DNA from: Callorhinchus milii
Taxonomy: Eukaryota
Length of the DNA stretch: 64,000 nucleotides
Direction: 5' to 3'
Assembly: GCF_018977255.1 (NCBI RefSeq)
Contig: NW_024704742.1
Location: forward strand, 86,430,001 to 86,494,000
Within the stretch, counting starts at the first letter, position 1, and each line of letters begins with the position of its first letter. A program made the translations under genes and the position numbers. Under the pieces are notes generated by a model. The model was not told the DNA's origin, did no database searches, and was given only the letters and a program-made list of their open reading frames with translations. Below are positions 26,271 through 40,110 of this stretch, one piece after another.

Positions 26271-27086
26271 TTTGTACACTTTAGGTGTGAGATGGAAAGT
26301 ATCAAGGAATTGTCTCAATGGGAAGGCAGTGTGTTATACAATAATTGGTTCCAGTCTGTGCTTCTTGGCTCTGAAGTCAGGGCGGTGTGTTCAGTACTCC
26401 CACATCACCCTGGGTTATTTCAGAGCACTCTAAGCACTCCAAATAGAAATTATTAACAACTACAGTGAAGCTGACAATGCAATTTTGTTAAGCCTTTGGG
26501 GTCTAATCTTTGAAAATGAATCGAAAACCTACATATAAATTATCCGATAGCCTAACCATTGCATACTTTTGCAGCCGAACAAAAATAAACCCAAACCACA
26601 AAGTTATATAAATCTACCAACCACGTTGTATCACTGATTTGCTTACATCACAAAATCTTGCTTTTTTTTACACTATTTGTCCCCACACCAAATAGCAGAG
26701 AGAGTAGAATAACTAACTCACTGACAGCCATGAATTGTGTTAAGTGGAAGTGGGTTAAATAGTCATTTGCACACACACACACACAAATAAAAACAATTGT
26801 GTGTGTTTCAAACTGGTTCCAGAACCAAATATGTTCCAGGTTCAATAGCCCTCAACACCACTGTGCAAGGTTTACTGTGGAGACTTGTGACTCCTGGATT
26901 TTGCTGTCTGTTTTCCAGCTCCCTCCCTAGATACAGGCACAGTGGTGTGATTCATGTAGACTACTGCCCCCTTTTATGTTTCCCAAGCTTTCTGCCCATT
27001 AAGCACCGCACCCATTGATTTAAATGCACAGAATCCCTGGGCACCTCATGTTACACACACACAGTCTCCTGTTCAAGTGCACTTAC

Positions 27087-27200
27087 CCCGTGAATTGATG
27101 CTCCACTGTCGGTGTGCAGGGTCCCACTCGTACCCACAGGTATCCCTGATGAAATTGCAAGATCCATCGCCCTGTTTCCCAGCTCTGGCAAACTGCAACA
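27087..27200 (-). CDS. MAMDC2: MAMDC2 exon 2 (114 nt; (V)LQFARAGKQGDGSCNFIRDTCGYEWDPAHRQWSINSR(G)), start of MAM domain 1
   Basis: Acceptor gtgtgaAG, donor G|GTAAGT, phase 1-1. GSCxF...TCG...W motif aligns without gaps to recalled human ALQLAGALDLPAGSCAFEESTCGFDSVLASLPWILNEEG. Confidence 0.9.
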
Positions 27201-27459
27201 CTTCACACACGAAACCCAAAGGACAAACAAACAAACACACCAAAGGACAAGTTTCAATGCAGAGTATTTCAGAACATTAAGTCATTCAACCACCCCCCCA
27301 CACCCCCCCCACACCCCCCTTCCGATTGCCCAGCAAACCATGCCTCAAAGCAAAGTGACCTGAAGTTCTCATTAACAGGTGCATTTAGCAATGTTAAACC
27401 TGAGCAGCTCGGGTGGTGGGTGGGCTGTGAGGTGCGGGACAGTATTGGTGCAAACGTAC

Positions 27460-27490
27460 CGTGCAGAATCAGGAGGAGAAGCGCCGGCAT
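27460..27490 (-). CDS. MAMDC2: MAMDC2 coding exon 1 (start codon, signal peptide MPALLLLILH-)
   Basis: cagccATG start at 27490, hydrophobic leader, donor G|GTACGT (phase 1). Splices in frame to the exon at 27087-27200. Confidence 0.85.
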
Positions 27491-27760
27491 GGCTGTGCCC
27501 AGTGAGGATCCGAACTCCTGTGTGCAAAACCATTCAGTGGCTCTTCATCCCACTAACTCCGGAGCAGGCGATCCGGGATCAGGAGCTCTCACAGCGCTGC
27601 TCACAAGCGATCAGCGGAGCGTCTGCTTTGTATCAATCAGATTTCGTGGTGAAGACAACCACAGGGGGAGGGAGGGGGGTGAGAGGGAGGAGAAAGAGTA
27701 ACGAGATCCAGACTCCCAGAGATACACCTACAAACTTCTGCTGCCAGAGAAGTTATTTTT
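27491..27760 (-). promoter_or_regulatory. Probable MAMDC2 5' UTR / proximal promoter
   Basis: Repeat-free, locally CpG-enriched stretch immediately upstream of the ATG. The TSS cannot be determined from sequence. Confidence 0.45.
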
Positions 27761-27917
27761 TTACTCTTCAGTCTGAAATAAACATAAGATAATGATACAT
27801 TGCAATATTTGCTCACATACATCTCTCACTGACTGGTCTGTGTGTGGCTGCTTTTACAATTGCTGCTTTGTTTTTCCATGTAATGTCTGACATGCATTCA
27901 TTTCTCATCTGACTGTA

Positions 27918-27944
27918 ATATATATATATATATATATATATATA
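27918..27944. repeat. (TA)n microsatellite upstream of MAMDC2
   Basis: Read directly from the sequence. Confidence 0.9.
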
Positions 27945-28306
27945 AAGAAAAATGCATTTCAGCTCATGATTGTCAACTCTGACAAATTAAGCCCTGGATG
28001 CCATGAAGAGAATAGCTCGTAAATGGAGTGAGAGAAACTGCCTGGAGCTGTGCCAACATCGCTTTTAAAAAGGGAAATTGTCCAAAAATTTTACCACTAA
28101 AAGAATAAGTATAAGGCAACATTTGTGGGTGTATTGTCAAATTAACGCTTGTAAATCCTTTCCTAACACCTCACCCGGAGTTACCACATTGCACAGATTT
28201 GACTTTGTTTCAAAAAGTGTTTGTATATATATATATCCCCCCAAATATATTGTATATTGTATTGGGGTATATATATATTGTATATGGTGATGTACACATA
28301 CATGAT

Positions 28307-28656
28307 ATAATAATAATAATCCTTGATTTGATATAGCACCTTGTCACATCTTCGAGACATCTGAAAACGCTTCACAGAATATACTGCAAAGTGTGACTGT
28401 ATTTTGTGGGACAATTTCGCACAGCAGTGCTCCACAAACAGTTGTAAATTGAGTGACCACATTTTTTTAAAGGGATTATTACCCCCGGAAAAGCGATCCG
28501 CCAGCCGATTAACAACCGGGTTTCTACTTACTGTTGGTAAACAGAGGCATGTGGAGTAAGGAAACTTGCCTAAGGTTTCGCCGTGCCGGGGAATCAAAAA
28601 CAGGACCTCTCGCCTGCGAGGTGAGAGTTCTAACCAATACACTATAGGACTCCACA
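28307..28656 (-). mobile_element. tRNA-derived SINE, long subfamily
   Basis: Reverse-complement similarity to the 17480 copy. Confidence 0.85.
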
Positions 28657-31600
28657 AATTGTAGTTATACAATGTGTATATTGTATTTGGGGATATATAT
28701 ATATGATATATTGTATTTGAGGGTGGATATATATAATATATATATTATATTGGATTAGATTTGCTGCCCATTTGGACATGATGAAGCACCTTGTTATTGT
28801 GTTAAACGTGTTACTGTGTTCCAGAAGCATTGTTGCCATTCAACAACAACAACAACAACAACAACAAGATTCCATTTATAGAGCGCCTTTCACGTCGGGA
28901 GTGCGTGAATATTCAATAACGTTACAGGCTTGGAATGCCACAGGCTGTTCACCTGATCTCCCTTCCCCTGGGGGAAAGAGAGCGACTCTTTATCTTAATT
29001 AAAATCGTTGCAACAGGGTGGGTCAACCCTTCTCATTCTTCGCTCATCATCAAAAAAATGATAAAGATCATATAAAGATCTATCAGCCTGGCTCAGTTGG
29101 TAGCATCCTCAATTCTGAGTCAGAGTACCTCACTGGAATGGCCATGCTTGATGTGTAAGACTAAACAACAACAGCAACAATAACTTGTATTTAAATAGCG
29201 CCCTTCACTCAAATAGTGTCTCGGAGTGCTTAACAGCAGCGTGGTTTGATGCTGAGCTGGAAAGATAAGGAAAGTGACTGAAAACATTGTCGAAGAGGAA
29301 TGTCTAGATGTGATTTGAAGACGGGCAAAGAAGGGGCAAGATGGAGGGACAGTGATCGCTGGCAGGCTATTCAACCATCACAGCAAAACCCAATCCTATC
29401 CTCACAGAAGACTCATCGGGTGGACTAAGTGGACTCATGGTCTTTTGCCTGGAACTGTTACAATGTAAATTTAATTTCAATTAAAATTAAAGAAAAAATT
29501 CTAATAGAAGATGTATTATTTATTTTCTCATGGTTTTATTATTTGAATATTTCTGTTTTTTGTGTATATTTGCAATGGACAAATGTAAATAGTGGCCATA
29601 TTAGCTTTCAATAGGGAACTAGATAAATACCTAAAAGGAGTAAGCCACAGGGTTATGGAGAAAGGGCAAGCAAATGGTCTCAAACGATTGTTTTTAAAAG
29701 AGTACCACAGACACGATGGGCCGAATGGCCATCTTCTGTGCTGTAAAGTTCTGTGCTTCTATAAAGCAATATGTGAATGAATGACCAACATGCCCTTTCT
29801 TTCAAAAAAAATCTATTATATATTATCGAATTAATGGACACCACCGAAACCATAGAGCAGATTACTAGAGTTTACTGTGCACCTTATGATCTTAATTTGT
29901 ACTACAAATTATATTCTCAGTTAAGAAAAGTAAAGGGAGGACACATTAATAAAATTTATTTTGGAAATATGAAGAAACATTTTACATTTCCAAACTACTT
30001 TCCATCAGTTATATTTTACAAACTACATTTTGTAACTACAAATGTTCAGAGTTATCAAATAAACCTGATAACTTGTCACTCCAAAGGAAAAGGACGCAGT
30101 AAAGAGTCAGACTCCGCCACTGTTAAGCACTCTGAGATGCTACACTGCGTGGAGGGAGCTATATGGGTGCAAGTTGTTGCTGTTGTTTCTGTATCTGGAA
30201 TGGCAAATTAGGCATAAGTGTAAATACATAAATAAATATGGTTGGAATATTGACAACATGATGACTTAAGTGATAGTGACAATTTAAGCCAGAGTCGAGT
30301 TAACAGCAGTTTACTGTATATGTGGGAGGTTTGGGCCATGTAATGGGACAATTATACCATCAAACAACCCAAATTTTCCCCATTGTAACAGCAGTTTCTA
30401 TTTTAGGGTAAGAGGTTGGCTATTTTAGCCTGACATTTTATCAGCATAAAACATCAACTGTACTTAAAAAAGACTTGTGGCGTAATGTTGAATGGAACAT
30501 TTTTTTTACATGAGAGCATAAAAGAGAAGAAAAATTAAGGTTTTAAGAGGGGAAAGCTGAAAGTAATCTTAAACTTCATAGTCAGAAATTTCACTCTGGC
30601 TTTTGGTATTGATTGGTAATGTATCACAGGCACAGAATTACATGCACTGCAAGAAAGCAGCAACTAACTATCCACAGGGGAGAGGAACATACTGAGAGAC
30701 CGGCTCTCGAGAGTCAGAAAATGTATACTTGGACTGGGGCAACAACAACAACAAATTATATTTGTATTCCACCTTTCATGTCGAGAGGACATCCCAAGGC
30801 ACTGGACAATCAAGAATGTGCAACTGAGCTGGGGTTTGGGATCAGGAGGGGGTGGGGAGGGTGGGAGTCAGAGGGTGACCGAAGGCTCGGTCAAAGAGGA
30901 AGGTCTTGAGAATTGGGGACAGGAGCAAGATCTGGTCTTATCCTGCTTTCAGGAGTGGATGTATTAAAGTACCCGAGGAAGTAAGAACCAAAATGTAAAT
31001 GTAATTACAGAGCAATGTAACCATTGGTTGTTGTGTCCCACTGCAGCCTGGCTGAATGGGAATGTTACCTGTATTGAGCAGGTACCTATCTACCTTAAGA
31101 GGGGGTTATTGTCTCATTGGAGAATTTTCTTACCAGATCTCCCTTTAATCAGTGCTACAGCAGCGGCACTCATTCTGTGAAGAAGTCATTTTATTCAGCC
31201 TTCATCGTAGCACACCTTACATATAAAATATATATATATTTGTATTTAGGTATAAACTGTTTGCTCAGTCTAGTGAGAATAATTTGAAAGGATTTCCTCT
31301 GCATGTTTTGAGTGACCCACTAACTCAGTACTGAATGTTCTTGGCAGGTCAGTATGCACACTCTTCATTTCAAAACCAAAATTACTCACAACCAACTTTT
31401 CTGACAAGTAAGAGATTCCTCTACTTTATTTCAGTTTCCTCCTCAACTCTCCTGAGGGAACAGTGCTACAGTCCTCGGGTGTTTCACTGAATGCCAGTCC
31501 TTGTGTTTAAGCAAAGACAGTAAGTGCCAGCAGGTATTTTTATTGGGGGGGGGGGGGGTTGGGGAAGTTACTACCCATTGTGAGCTGAGCTTATGTGATA

Positions 31601-31683
31601 ACCAGAGATATGAACTTTGTCGCAACTTAGCCAGATAGAGATCAGCAGTTTCTTTTTTGGGTGTTCTCTTCCTACAATAACAT

Positions 31684-32030
31684 TAATAATAATCCCTGCA
31701 TTTGATTTAGCGCCTTATCACATTGTTGAGACGTCTTAAAGCGTTTCACAGAATATATTGTAAAGTGTACTGACTGTGTATTTTGTGGGCGAAACACAGC
31801 TGTCAATTGTGCACAACAATGTCTCAAAAACAGTTGTGGATTGAGTAACAAATTTTATTTTGAGGGATTATTACCACCCAAAAGACTAACAACCAGGTTC
31901 TGACTTACTACGGGGTAAACAGAGGCGTGTGAAGTAAGGAAAATTGCCTACGTTTTCACCTTGCCTGGGAATAAAACCCAGGTCCTCTCATTTGCAAAGC
32001 TAGGGCACTAACCACTACACTACAAGACTC
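31684..32030 (-). mobile_element. tRNA-derived SINE, long subfamily
   Basis: Reverse-complement similarity to the 17480 copy. Confidence 0.85.
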
Positions 32031-33254
32031 AACCTCCCTATCCCTGACCAACAACAACAATTTACATTTATATTGCATATTTCACGTCACAAGGAAGTCT
32101 CAGGCTGGGACATCTCTTTGGCTGCGATTCAACTTGGACTTCAACTTCCTGGTATATCCAGCTCAGTATCACACCATGTGGCATATTTACCTACTAAGCT
32201 ATCAGGGAATCCCTCAACCTCTAATTAACATTTGGATTGTATATTCATTGTAGTTGCCAAGCATCTGGTGCTGTTTGTGTGATCCTGATTCACAATGTGA
32301 TCGAAAGGGAAAGTTCATCTTTGCAATAAGAGTGTTTCCACAGCCTAACCGGATTCATAATATTAGGGACAAAGTTGCAGAATGCTTCTCAATGTTACTC
32401 TACAATCTATTATCCAACCCATCTCCAGATAAGGCAACCTATCACTCAGTGCTGTGGCTATTACCCGGGCCCCAAAGAATAGGGCCTCAGAGAAAATCAT
32501 ACCTTGTATGAGCACCAATGAGCCTGCAACAAGCTCATTGCAGAAACACATTTGTTTTAAGCATTTCATATAAAACATTGTTCAGGGATATTTAACAAAC
32601 CCTGGGTTGGAGGTTCTGAAGGGACTAAATAATGTTGACCATGATAAGTTGTTTTATCTTGTACTGAACAGTAGAATTAGAGGACACGGCCTGAGATTGA
32701 AGGAGGTAAATTCGGAACAAATGTGCTGAAACGCTACTTCAGTGAGAGAATAGTAAAGATATGGAGCAGGCTCCCTAGGGAGACAGTGAAAACAGTAAGT
32801 GTCATTTGTTTCTTGAACAAATTAGATAGATTTCTGTTAGAAATAATATCTCGGGATACAGTGTAAAGTTTGGGACACAACATACATGTGACTGCCAGGA
32901 TGGTGGAATCCGAACTGGATGGACTTTGGTCTTCTTTTGCCTAGCAAACTCTCATGTTCTTATGGTGGTGTTCTCTTAACAATGTTTTCAGATGCACCAA
33001 GACAGCAGAACAAGAGGACGTGGATTTAGAGTTACATAGGACAATTTCAGGACAGACATCTGGAAGCATTTCTCTACCTAGAGGATAATTAACAACTGGA
33101 ACAGGTTATCAGGCTGGGTGGTTCAGGCCAGGACTTATTTAAAAAGTAGCTTGATGCTGTGATGAGAGCACGGTAGTGGGTGTTCAGAAAAAATGAGATC
33201 AAATGGACCAAAAGACCTTGTTTATCTGAACCCCTCTTATGATCTCTTGTGTCA

Positions 33255-33570
33255 GTCTGGCCTTGCCTCGGAATCAGAAGATTGTGGGCTCAACCCCATG
33301 ATGGAAGTGGCATCCTTCAGATGGGATGTTAAGTGGAGTCTGTCTGTTCAGATGGACATTAAAGATTCCATGGCGCTATTCGAAAACAGAAGGGAGTTTC
33401 TCCCGGTGTCCTCCCCACAATCTCCAAATCAAATTGGTCATGATTGAGGGACACTGGCGTACACAAAGTGGCTGCCATGTTTGGCTACAAAATAAGTAGT
33501 CACTAACTATATAGTAATGTGAAGTGCTTTGTGATGTTCTCCAGGCATGAAAGGTGCTATATTATATGAT
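33255..33570 (+). mobile_element. Older DeuSINE copy
   Basis: tcagaagattgtgggctcaacccc head and gatggacattaaagattccatggcgctattcgaa core. Similar copies near 16195-16545(+), 19620-19790(-), 53690-54070(-), 56335-56480(+) and 62820-63050(+). Confidence 0.7.
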
Positions 33571-35324
33571 ATTTCACAAAAACACCACCTTACCATAACC
33601 CAAGAGAAAGCTGCCATCACATCTTTTGTTTTTAAAAGCTGAGCACAAATGACACACTGCAGGAGTTGGCGAAGAGTTAATTTAACATCATTAGTGTGAG
33701 CTGCAAATCTTGTCCATCTGAAAATATGCCAAAGAAAAAAAATCATGAAAACCTCAAATAAACGCTCAGTTTTGCAATGTCACTTTCATGGAACCTGATT
33801 ACTTTTTATCGAAAGAAACTTATGTTTTTGGTGAGATGTTGCAGCCACAATTGATAAAATGCAGTTATTTTATGGAATAATTGAGCTCTGGAAGGGCTGA
33901 AATGCAATTGGTAGTTCTTCATGTTTATTAAACTGTCAAGCTGACATTGGGCACAAGCGGATCCAATGTCTTTTAATAAGCACACACAGCTAAAAAGTAA
34001 TCAATGTGATAAAGTTCAAATAAACAGATTAATTTTAGAGCTATGAACATGAGGAGGAATACATTCAATTGCATATACTTTATTTTGCAATTAAATCATT
34101 TCCTATGTGTATGTTAAATGTTGTCAACCCAAACTGTAAACAAAATCTGACCAGGCTACAACTGTAAGAGAAAATAACAAAAATAAAGGCTTGAAAAGGG
34201 ATAGGGAAAGAATTTCACATAGAGAATGTTTGGAATGTGGAAATCTCTGCCACAATCATTGTTGAATATAGGTCCATAAATTATTTTTAAAAGTGTTAGA
34301 TAGATGTTTACAGTCACCTCTCCCCTCCTCCCAGCTCGGCATCAGACTCCACCACTGTTAAGCACTCCGAGAGACTACAGGTAGTGCATTATTTAAATGC
34401 AAGTTGTTGTTCTTGTTGTAGATGCTTGGAAAATGAAGAATATTAACACATATGGAGAGCGAACAATAACAAACTGCATTTATATAGCACCTTTCACACG
34501 GGAGAGCATATTCAAGAGTTTAGAATGGGATTATATAAGATTGACCCTTGGGGAGAAAGATACCAGGATGGACATGATAGACTGAATGACCTGTTTTTGT
34601 GCAGTAACATTCCTATGATTCTATGACTAACATTGAAGCAACTATTGGGCTCTGAGGTATCATTGTAATTTGGATCAGTGGCATTTGGATAGAATTGCTG
34701 GCCATTAGACTGTCCCTGTCAGCACTTTCAGAATATAGCCTCTACTGCTCTCTTCCTAATTGTCTCTTCTGCTCTCTATCTCTGAGAAATAGAGCAGTAA
34801 AGACGACCCCAAAGAGGGCAATAGCAAATAGAGATAGAGTCTGTCTTTCTTTCCTATGTTTCCATTTGCTATTGAGCAGGATTCCCAGCCCCCTTTTGAG
34901 GCTTCAAAAACATTTGAAAGAATTTTGCCTCTTGTGCCCTTTGAGACTCTACCCTGCATGGAGGGCACTATGTAAGTGTAAGTCGTTGTTCTTGTTGCCC
35001 TGCCTCACACTGGCCGCAGTCGAAAAATAGTTGGAGCCCAAGGAAGAGAGCAGATACAGATTACAATCAGGCCAACAGCTGACTAAACAGATGGACACCA
35101 GTAATGAGAAGCAGATATTTCAAGGGGATCCTTCTGGCTAATGTTTTCAGCCCATGTTGTGCACTATTGACTGGCGAAACCACAAGGCTCCAAAGGGGAT
35201 CATTGAAATTATTTTGATTTAGGCGATGTGCAACTAAAAAGTTACAGTCAGCACGCCAAGTATGAAGTATTTAGAGGGGTGGAATATTCTCCTGAACATG
35301 CCCACTAGGTCTTAAAAGTTATAA

Positions 35325-35592
35325 TGGAGTCCTGCAGTATATTGGTTAGAGCACTTAACTCGCAAGTGAGAGGATCCGGGTTCGATTCACGGGGTTGTGA
35401 AAACTTAGGCATGTTTTCTTACTCCACAAATCACTGCTTACCTAGCAGTAAGTAGGAACCCAGTTGTTACTTGATTGGCTGATTGTTTTCTGGGAGTAAT
35501 AATCCCTTAAAACAAAGAATAATAATCATAATAATTTGGTCACTCAATTCACGAGTATTTGTGGGACCCTGCTATGCGCAATTGGCTGCCAC
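35325..35592 (+). mobile_element. tRNA-derived SINE, long subfamily, 3' truncated
   Basis: Head and internal block similar to the 17480 copy. Confidence 0.8.
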
Positions 35593-37567
35593 TTCAACTG
35601 TACTAAAACACTAACATGTTTCTCTATTCAAAATCCAGGGTTTTTTGTGGTCTTAGACAATTATGTAAAGACTATGAGTTCAAAGTTCTGATGTAAACCC
35701 ACAACCTTTTGTTTCATAGAAAGAGAGGCAGGTTACTACTGTAACACAGGAATAAAGTAATCCTGACATTCGAGTGGCTGTATCACTGAAATATTAGTAC
35801 ATTACAGAATAATGGATGCCTAATATTTGTGTGCCAGTGGCACAAGAAATATATTCCACATTTAACCCTGACCACAATAGCGTTTTGGTTATCTGATTTT
35901 TTCCTGCATCATATATATTTAAAAGTCAATCTGTAATATTTATTCATGGTCACCCAAACTCAAGCTCACTATTATCTAATTTTTTTTGCTGTATCAGTAA
36001 CCACCAGCAGTCTATGAAAAACATGTGTTTTGCAGAATTGCACGTCCACTTTGGATGTGAAGAATGTAGCGAGGGGGACTGTTTGGCAACACATCAGGGA
36101 AGGGACGCAAACTCATTCAAACTACACATGTGGGATGGGATGTCTTTGAATTAGCTTTGAATTTCAAGCTACCCAAGGCAATTTGTTATCCACCTTGGAC
36201 CATATTAAGCAAACTGCAGATCCCAATGGACAGATGTACAAAAACAAGAATTTTTTCATCCATTTGTTACCTCTTGATCTCATGGCCCACGCAGCTTTTC
36301 AATCCATTTTCAGCTACTTTTGACAATCTTGCATGTTGTTTGGCTCAATAAACTTCATGGAACGAAAAGTTCCCAGGTTTGATGCCAGAGTCAAGCTGCA
36401 GTGAATTAGTTGATCTCAGCCAAGGCAGCAATTAGGTTGTTAGAATTGTTCTCAATGTGCCTGGGCCAGGCGGAGGAAAAGCCAGTCATTGGTAATGAGA
36501 AGGTAAACCCGGAAACTTCTCTTTGAGTTAGTGCAGAATGACTGGATGAAAGTCTCTTCTTTCTGTAGGCTGTAGAAAAATGTATGTGTTTAAATGTGGA
36601 TTGAAGACAGGATTGGGCTGCGCTGTCATGTATTCCAGACACAAATAACCTGTGGGCACTCATCAATTTCTGCCCTGAGGGAGCTTCTTCCAATGTCCTG
36701 ACCAACAGTCCTTCAGATGAAATTGTTCATTGGCTTTATGACTGTTTGTGCGACATTGCTGTGTCTAAATTGACCTCCGCATTCACCCACAAAATACACG
36801 TATTTTACAGAAAAACTTTGAAGCACTTTGAGATATTTCAATGTTAGAAGGGCAAAGAATATGTAAGGATTATTTTGGATTTTGATAATTATCAAATCTC
36901 TTGGGAAACATTGCCATTTTTGTCCTTAGATTTCTAAACAATCAGTGATTTAGAAAACAAGGTTGGTGTGATATCTGATAGGAAGTGAATCAAATGTGTA
37001 CCAACTCAGTTTTTTAAATTGTCCTGATTTAATGGCTTTTGTTTCAGTCAGAACCCACAGAAACATTAGTGATATTTGTGAGTTAATCTATGAGGAAACA
37101 CATTTCAGAGGGTAAAAAAATAGAGCCCGACCTAACTACTAAACATCTGTTGTCAGGGTAACAAGGAAAAGTGCAAGCTCTGCATCAACAGTAATTTTAA
37201 AAAAGGGATGATTGAACAATGCTAAGAATTTATAGTGTCAGCAAATATCCCAAGTGACTGTGAGAATAAAATAAACATACATAATAGAAGACCCTGGTGT
37301 TTTCTTTTCATGTCAAGAGCAACAAACAGCTTCAGCCTGCAACCTCATATTTTACCATCCTCATAAATCTTCAGCCTTTACTAAATCAGTTCAAAGACCT
37401 TTCAGTTCCCACCAATGCAGACCTTTGTTTGTTGGCTGCTGATTGTAAAAAAGCCAATTTTTGCATTTGGTTCAATGTTAGCTCCCAAGCAGCACTTTGT
37501 GTCTTGGTTCTCAATACACAATGTGATAGTATTAACCTAAATTTCCTCTACCATTGTAACTTTAACT

Positions 37568-38122
37568 TACAACAACAACAGCAACAAAATGACATTTGTA
37601 TAGCACCTTTGACATCGGGAGGACGTCCCAAGGCGCTGGATAGTCAGAGTTTCGGATCTGAGCTGGGAGTCAGGATTGGGGAGGGTGGAGGGCAGGGGGG
37701 GAAAGCAGGGTGATCGAAAGCACGGTCGAAGAGGAGGGTCTTGAGATGGGTCTTGAAGGAGGCAAGGGAGGGGGTGAGGCGGAGGGACTGCGGGATGGAG
37801 TTCCACAGGGTGGGGGCAGAGTGACAGAACACCTGTCCGCCAATGTTGGGGTGGGCAAGGCAGGGGACGTGAAGCAGGCCGGAGCTCGCTGAGCGGAGGG
37901 AACGGGCAGTATGGTAGGGGGTAAGGAGGTCGCAGAGGTAGGGGGGAGCAAGACTGTGGAGAGCTTTGAAAGTGAGGACCAGATATCCGCTGTGTGATGG
38001 GAAGCCAATGGAGTTGGCTGAGGATGGGGATGATAGTGTCACAGAGCCTGGTGCGGGAGAGGATACGGGCTGCAGAGTTCTGGATGATTTGCAGCCTATG
38101 GAGGGAGGAGTTGGGAAGGGGT
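37568..38122 (-). mobile_element. L2 3' fragment (older)
   Basis: LVLTFKALHSLAPPYLCDLL..APTLWNSIP..FKTHLKTLLFDRAF and (TTG)n tail. Confidence 0.9.
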
Positions 38123-38467
38123 GGGGTGTTTACCTAGCTGAACACTGGCAAGCTTCCTGCTGCTTGTCCACGTTACTTGTTAGGGCTTGGCTTACAAGGT
38201 TAACAGGAGTTGTTTGCCTTCATTTTGAAGCCAGTTTTCTGTCAGTAATATTAAGAACCCAGAAAATTAATTTCAAAGTTAAGAGTGAATTTGACAATTT
38301 GCCAAATTCTAGAGCCTGTAAGTTGCTGGACAAGCGAAACTTCTCCTGCTTTTCCCAGAAGTTTTATTTTAATTTCCCCTGGAATATGTAGAGTTCATCC
38401 CATCAGTTTTTCAATAGCATATAGTTGCGGATGTTTAATTTGAGTTGTTTCACTGGATCATTTCATT

Positions 38468-38770
38468 GGAGTCCTGTAGCTCAGTGGTTAGAGCACTCGC
38501 TTTGCAAGCGAGAGACCTGAGTTCAATTCCAGGCAGAGGGCGAAACCTTGGGCAAGTTTCCTTACTCCACACGCCTAATAATAATCCCTCCAAAACCCAA
38601 AACAATAATAAATTGGTCATTTTCAATCCACGACTGTTTGTGGGACATTGCTGTGCGCAATTGGCTGCCGCGTTCGCCCACAAATATACAGTCAATTCAC
38701 TTTACAGTATATTCTGTGAAGCGCTTTGGGACGTCCTCCCGACGTGAAAAGCGCTATAACAAATGCAAGG

Positions 38771-38806
<36 letters not shown>
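38468..38806 (+). mobile_element. Full-length young tRNA-Ala-derived SINE (short subfamily)
   Basis: Pol III A box TAGCTCAGTGG, B box GAGTTCAATTCC, anticodon arm CTCGC-TTTGCAA-GCGAG, Deu-like 3' body, L2-like stem-loop and (ATT)n tail. Confidence 0.92.
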
Positions 38807-39073
38807 GTTAGGACTTGGCACCAGTGAATACTTTTTTTGATGGTAAAATGGTTCCACTTCTGAAATGGTTGCTTGGCAGCTATCTGGGATTCATATTGGA
38901 TCCATGTGTCATTATTAAAAGATATTACAGGAAGGACTAACAAAAGTGGAACCTATCTGTCGTGATAATGGTTTACTGAATGGACTGTTTACAGCAATTT
39001 CTAGCTGATATCAGTTTACGTCATAAAATGCACACTGCTTTATTGAATCAGAGAACTTATTTATTGTAGTCAA

Positions 39074-39902
39074 AACAACAACAATGACAAGATTTCATTT
39101 ATAGAGCGTCTTTCACGTCGGGAGGATGTCCCAAGGCGCTGGACAGTTGGCTCGGGACCCGAGCAGGGGGGAAATGGTCAGGGTGAGGGGAGGGAAGGGA
39201 GGGAGCGAGGAGGGGCTAGAGAGTCGAGAGGGGAGCTGAAGGCACGGTCAAAGAGAAAGGTTTTGAGACCGGCCTTGAAGGAGGAAAGGGAGGAGGCGGC
39301 GAAGGCACTGGTGGATGGAGTTCCAGAGCCTCGGGGCTGAGAGGCTGAAGGCCCGGCCACCGATGGTAGGGCGGTTGGGGCGGGGGATGTGGAGCAGACC
39401 AGAGCCAGAGGAACGGAGGGTACGGGCAGGTAGGTAGGGGAATAGTAGGTCGGAGAGGTAGGAGGGAGCGAGGCCGTGAATGGCCTTGTAGGTGAGGATG
39501 AGGATCTTGAATTCGATCCTCTGGGGGATGGGGAGCCAGTGGAGGTGAGCGAGGGTGGGAGTGATGTGGTCGCGAAGCCTGGTGCGGGACAGTACACGAG
39601 TTGCAGAGTTCTGAATGACCTGCAGCTTGTGGAGGGAGGTGGCGGGAAGGCCGGTGAGGAGAGAGTTCCCATAGTCCAGCCTTGAGGTGATAAAGGCGTG
39701 GACCAGAGTTTCAGCAGCTTGAGGGGTGAGGTAGCGCCGTAGTCTGGCGATGTTTCGGAGGTGATGGAAGGCGGTGCCAGTTGTGGTGTCATTAGTAACC
39801 TTGACCTATGGGCAGCACAGAAACCCGACTGAAGGGGTATGAATAATGAGTGGGTGGAGAGGAAAGAGCGCAGCTGGGAGGCGACAACTCTTTCAAGGAC
39901 CC
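39074..39902 (-). mobile_element. L2 3' fragment, same young family as 1527-5260, joined to a non-contiguous upstream piece
   Basis: 39074-39788 is nearly identical to 1540-2293. 39789-39902 matches ~2895-3023 more loosely. Confidence 0.9.
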
Positions 39903-40110
39903 AGGACAGGGCAACATCTCCAGCATCTACTCATTGCACATGCATCTTCCATTGAGCTACATGCTGGGTATTTACTCAGAACTGCTAACTGTTGAAATAA
40001 TAATATAAAAATATTTTGGTCACTCAATCCACGACTGTTTGTGGGGCTTCTGCTGTGCACAATCGGCTGCCATGTTTCACCCACAAAATATACAGTATAC
40101 TTTACAGTAT

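Noticed and set aside
27051..27257. ORF MKLVLWCVCLFVLW... resembling a signal peptide
   Set aside because: It starts at TTG in intron 1 and reads MAMDC2 exon 2 in the wrong frame. The real leader is the ATG at 27490.
38468..38540. tRNA-Ala-like cloverleaf
   Set aside because: The acceptor stem is incomplete and it continues into a SINE body and tail, so it is a SINE head rather than a tRNA gene. The same applies to the other copies.
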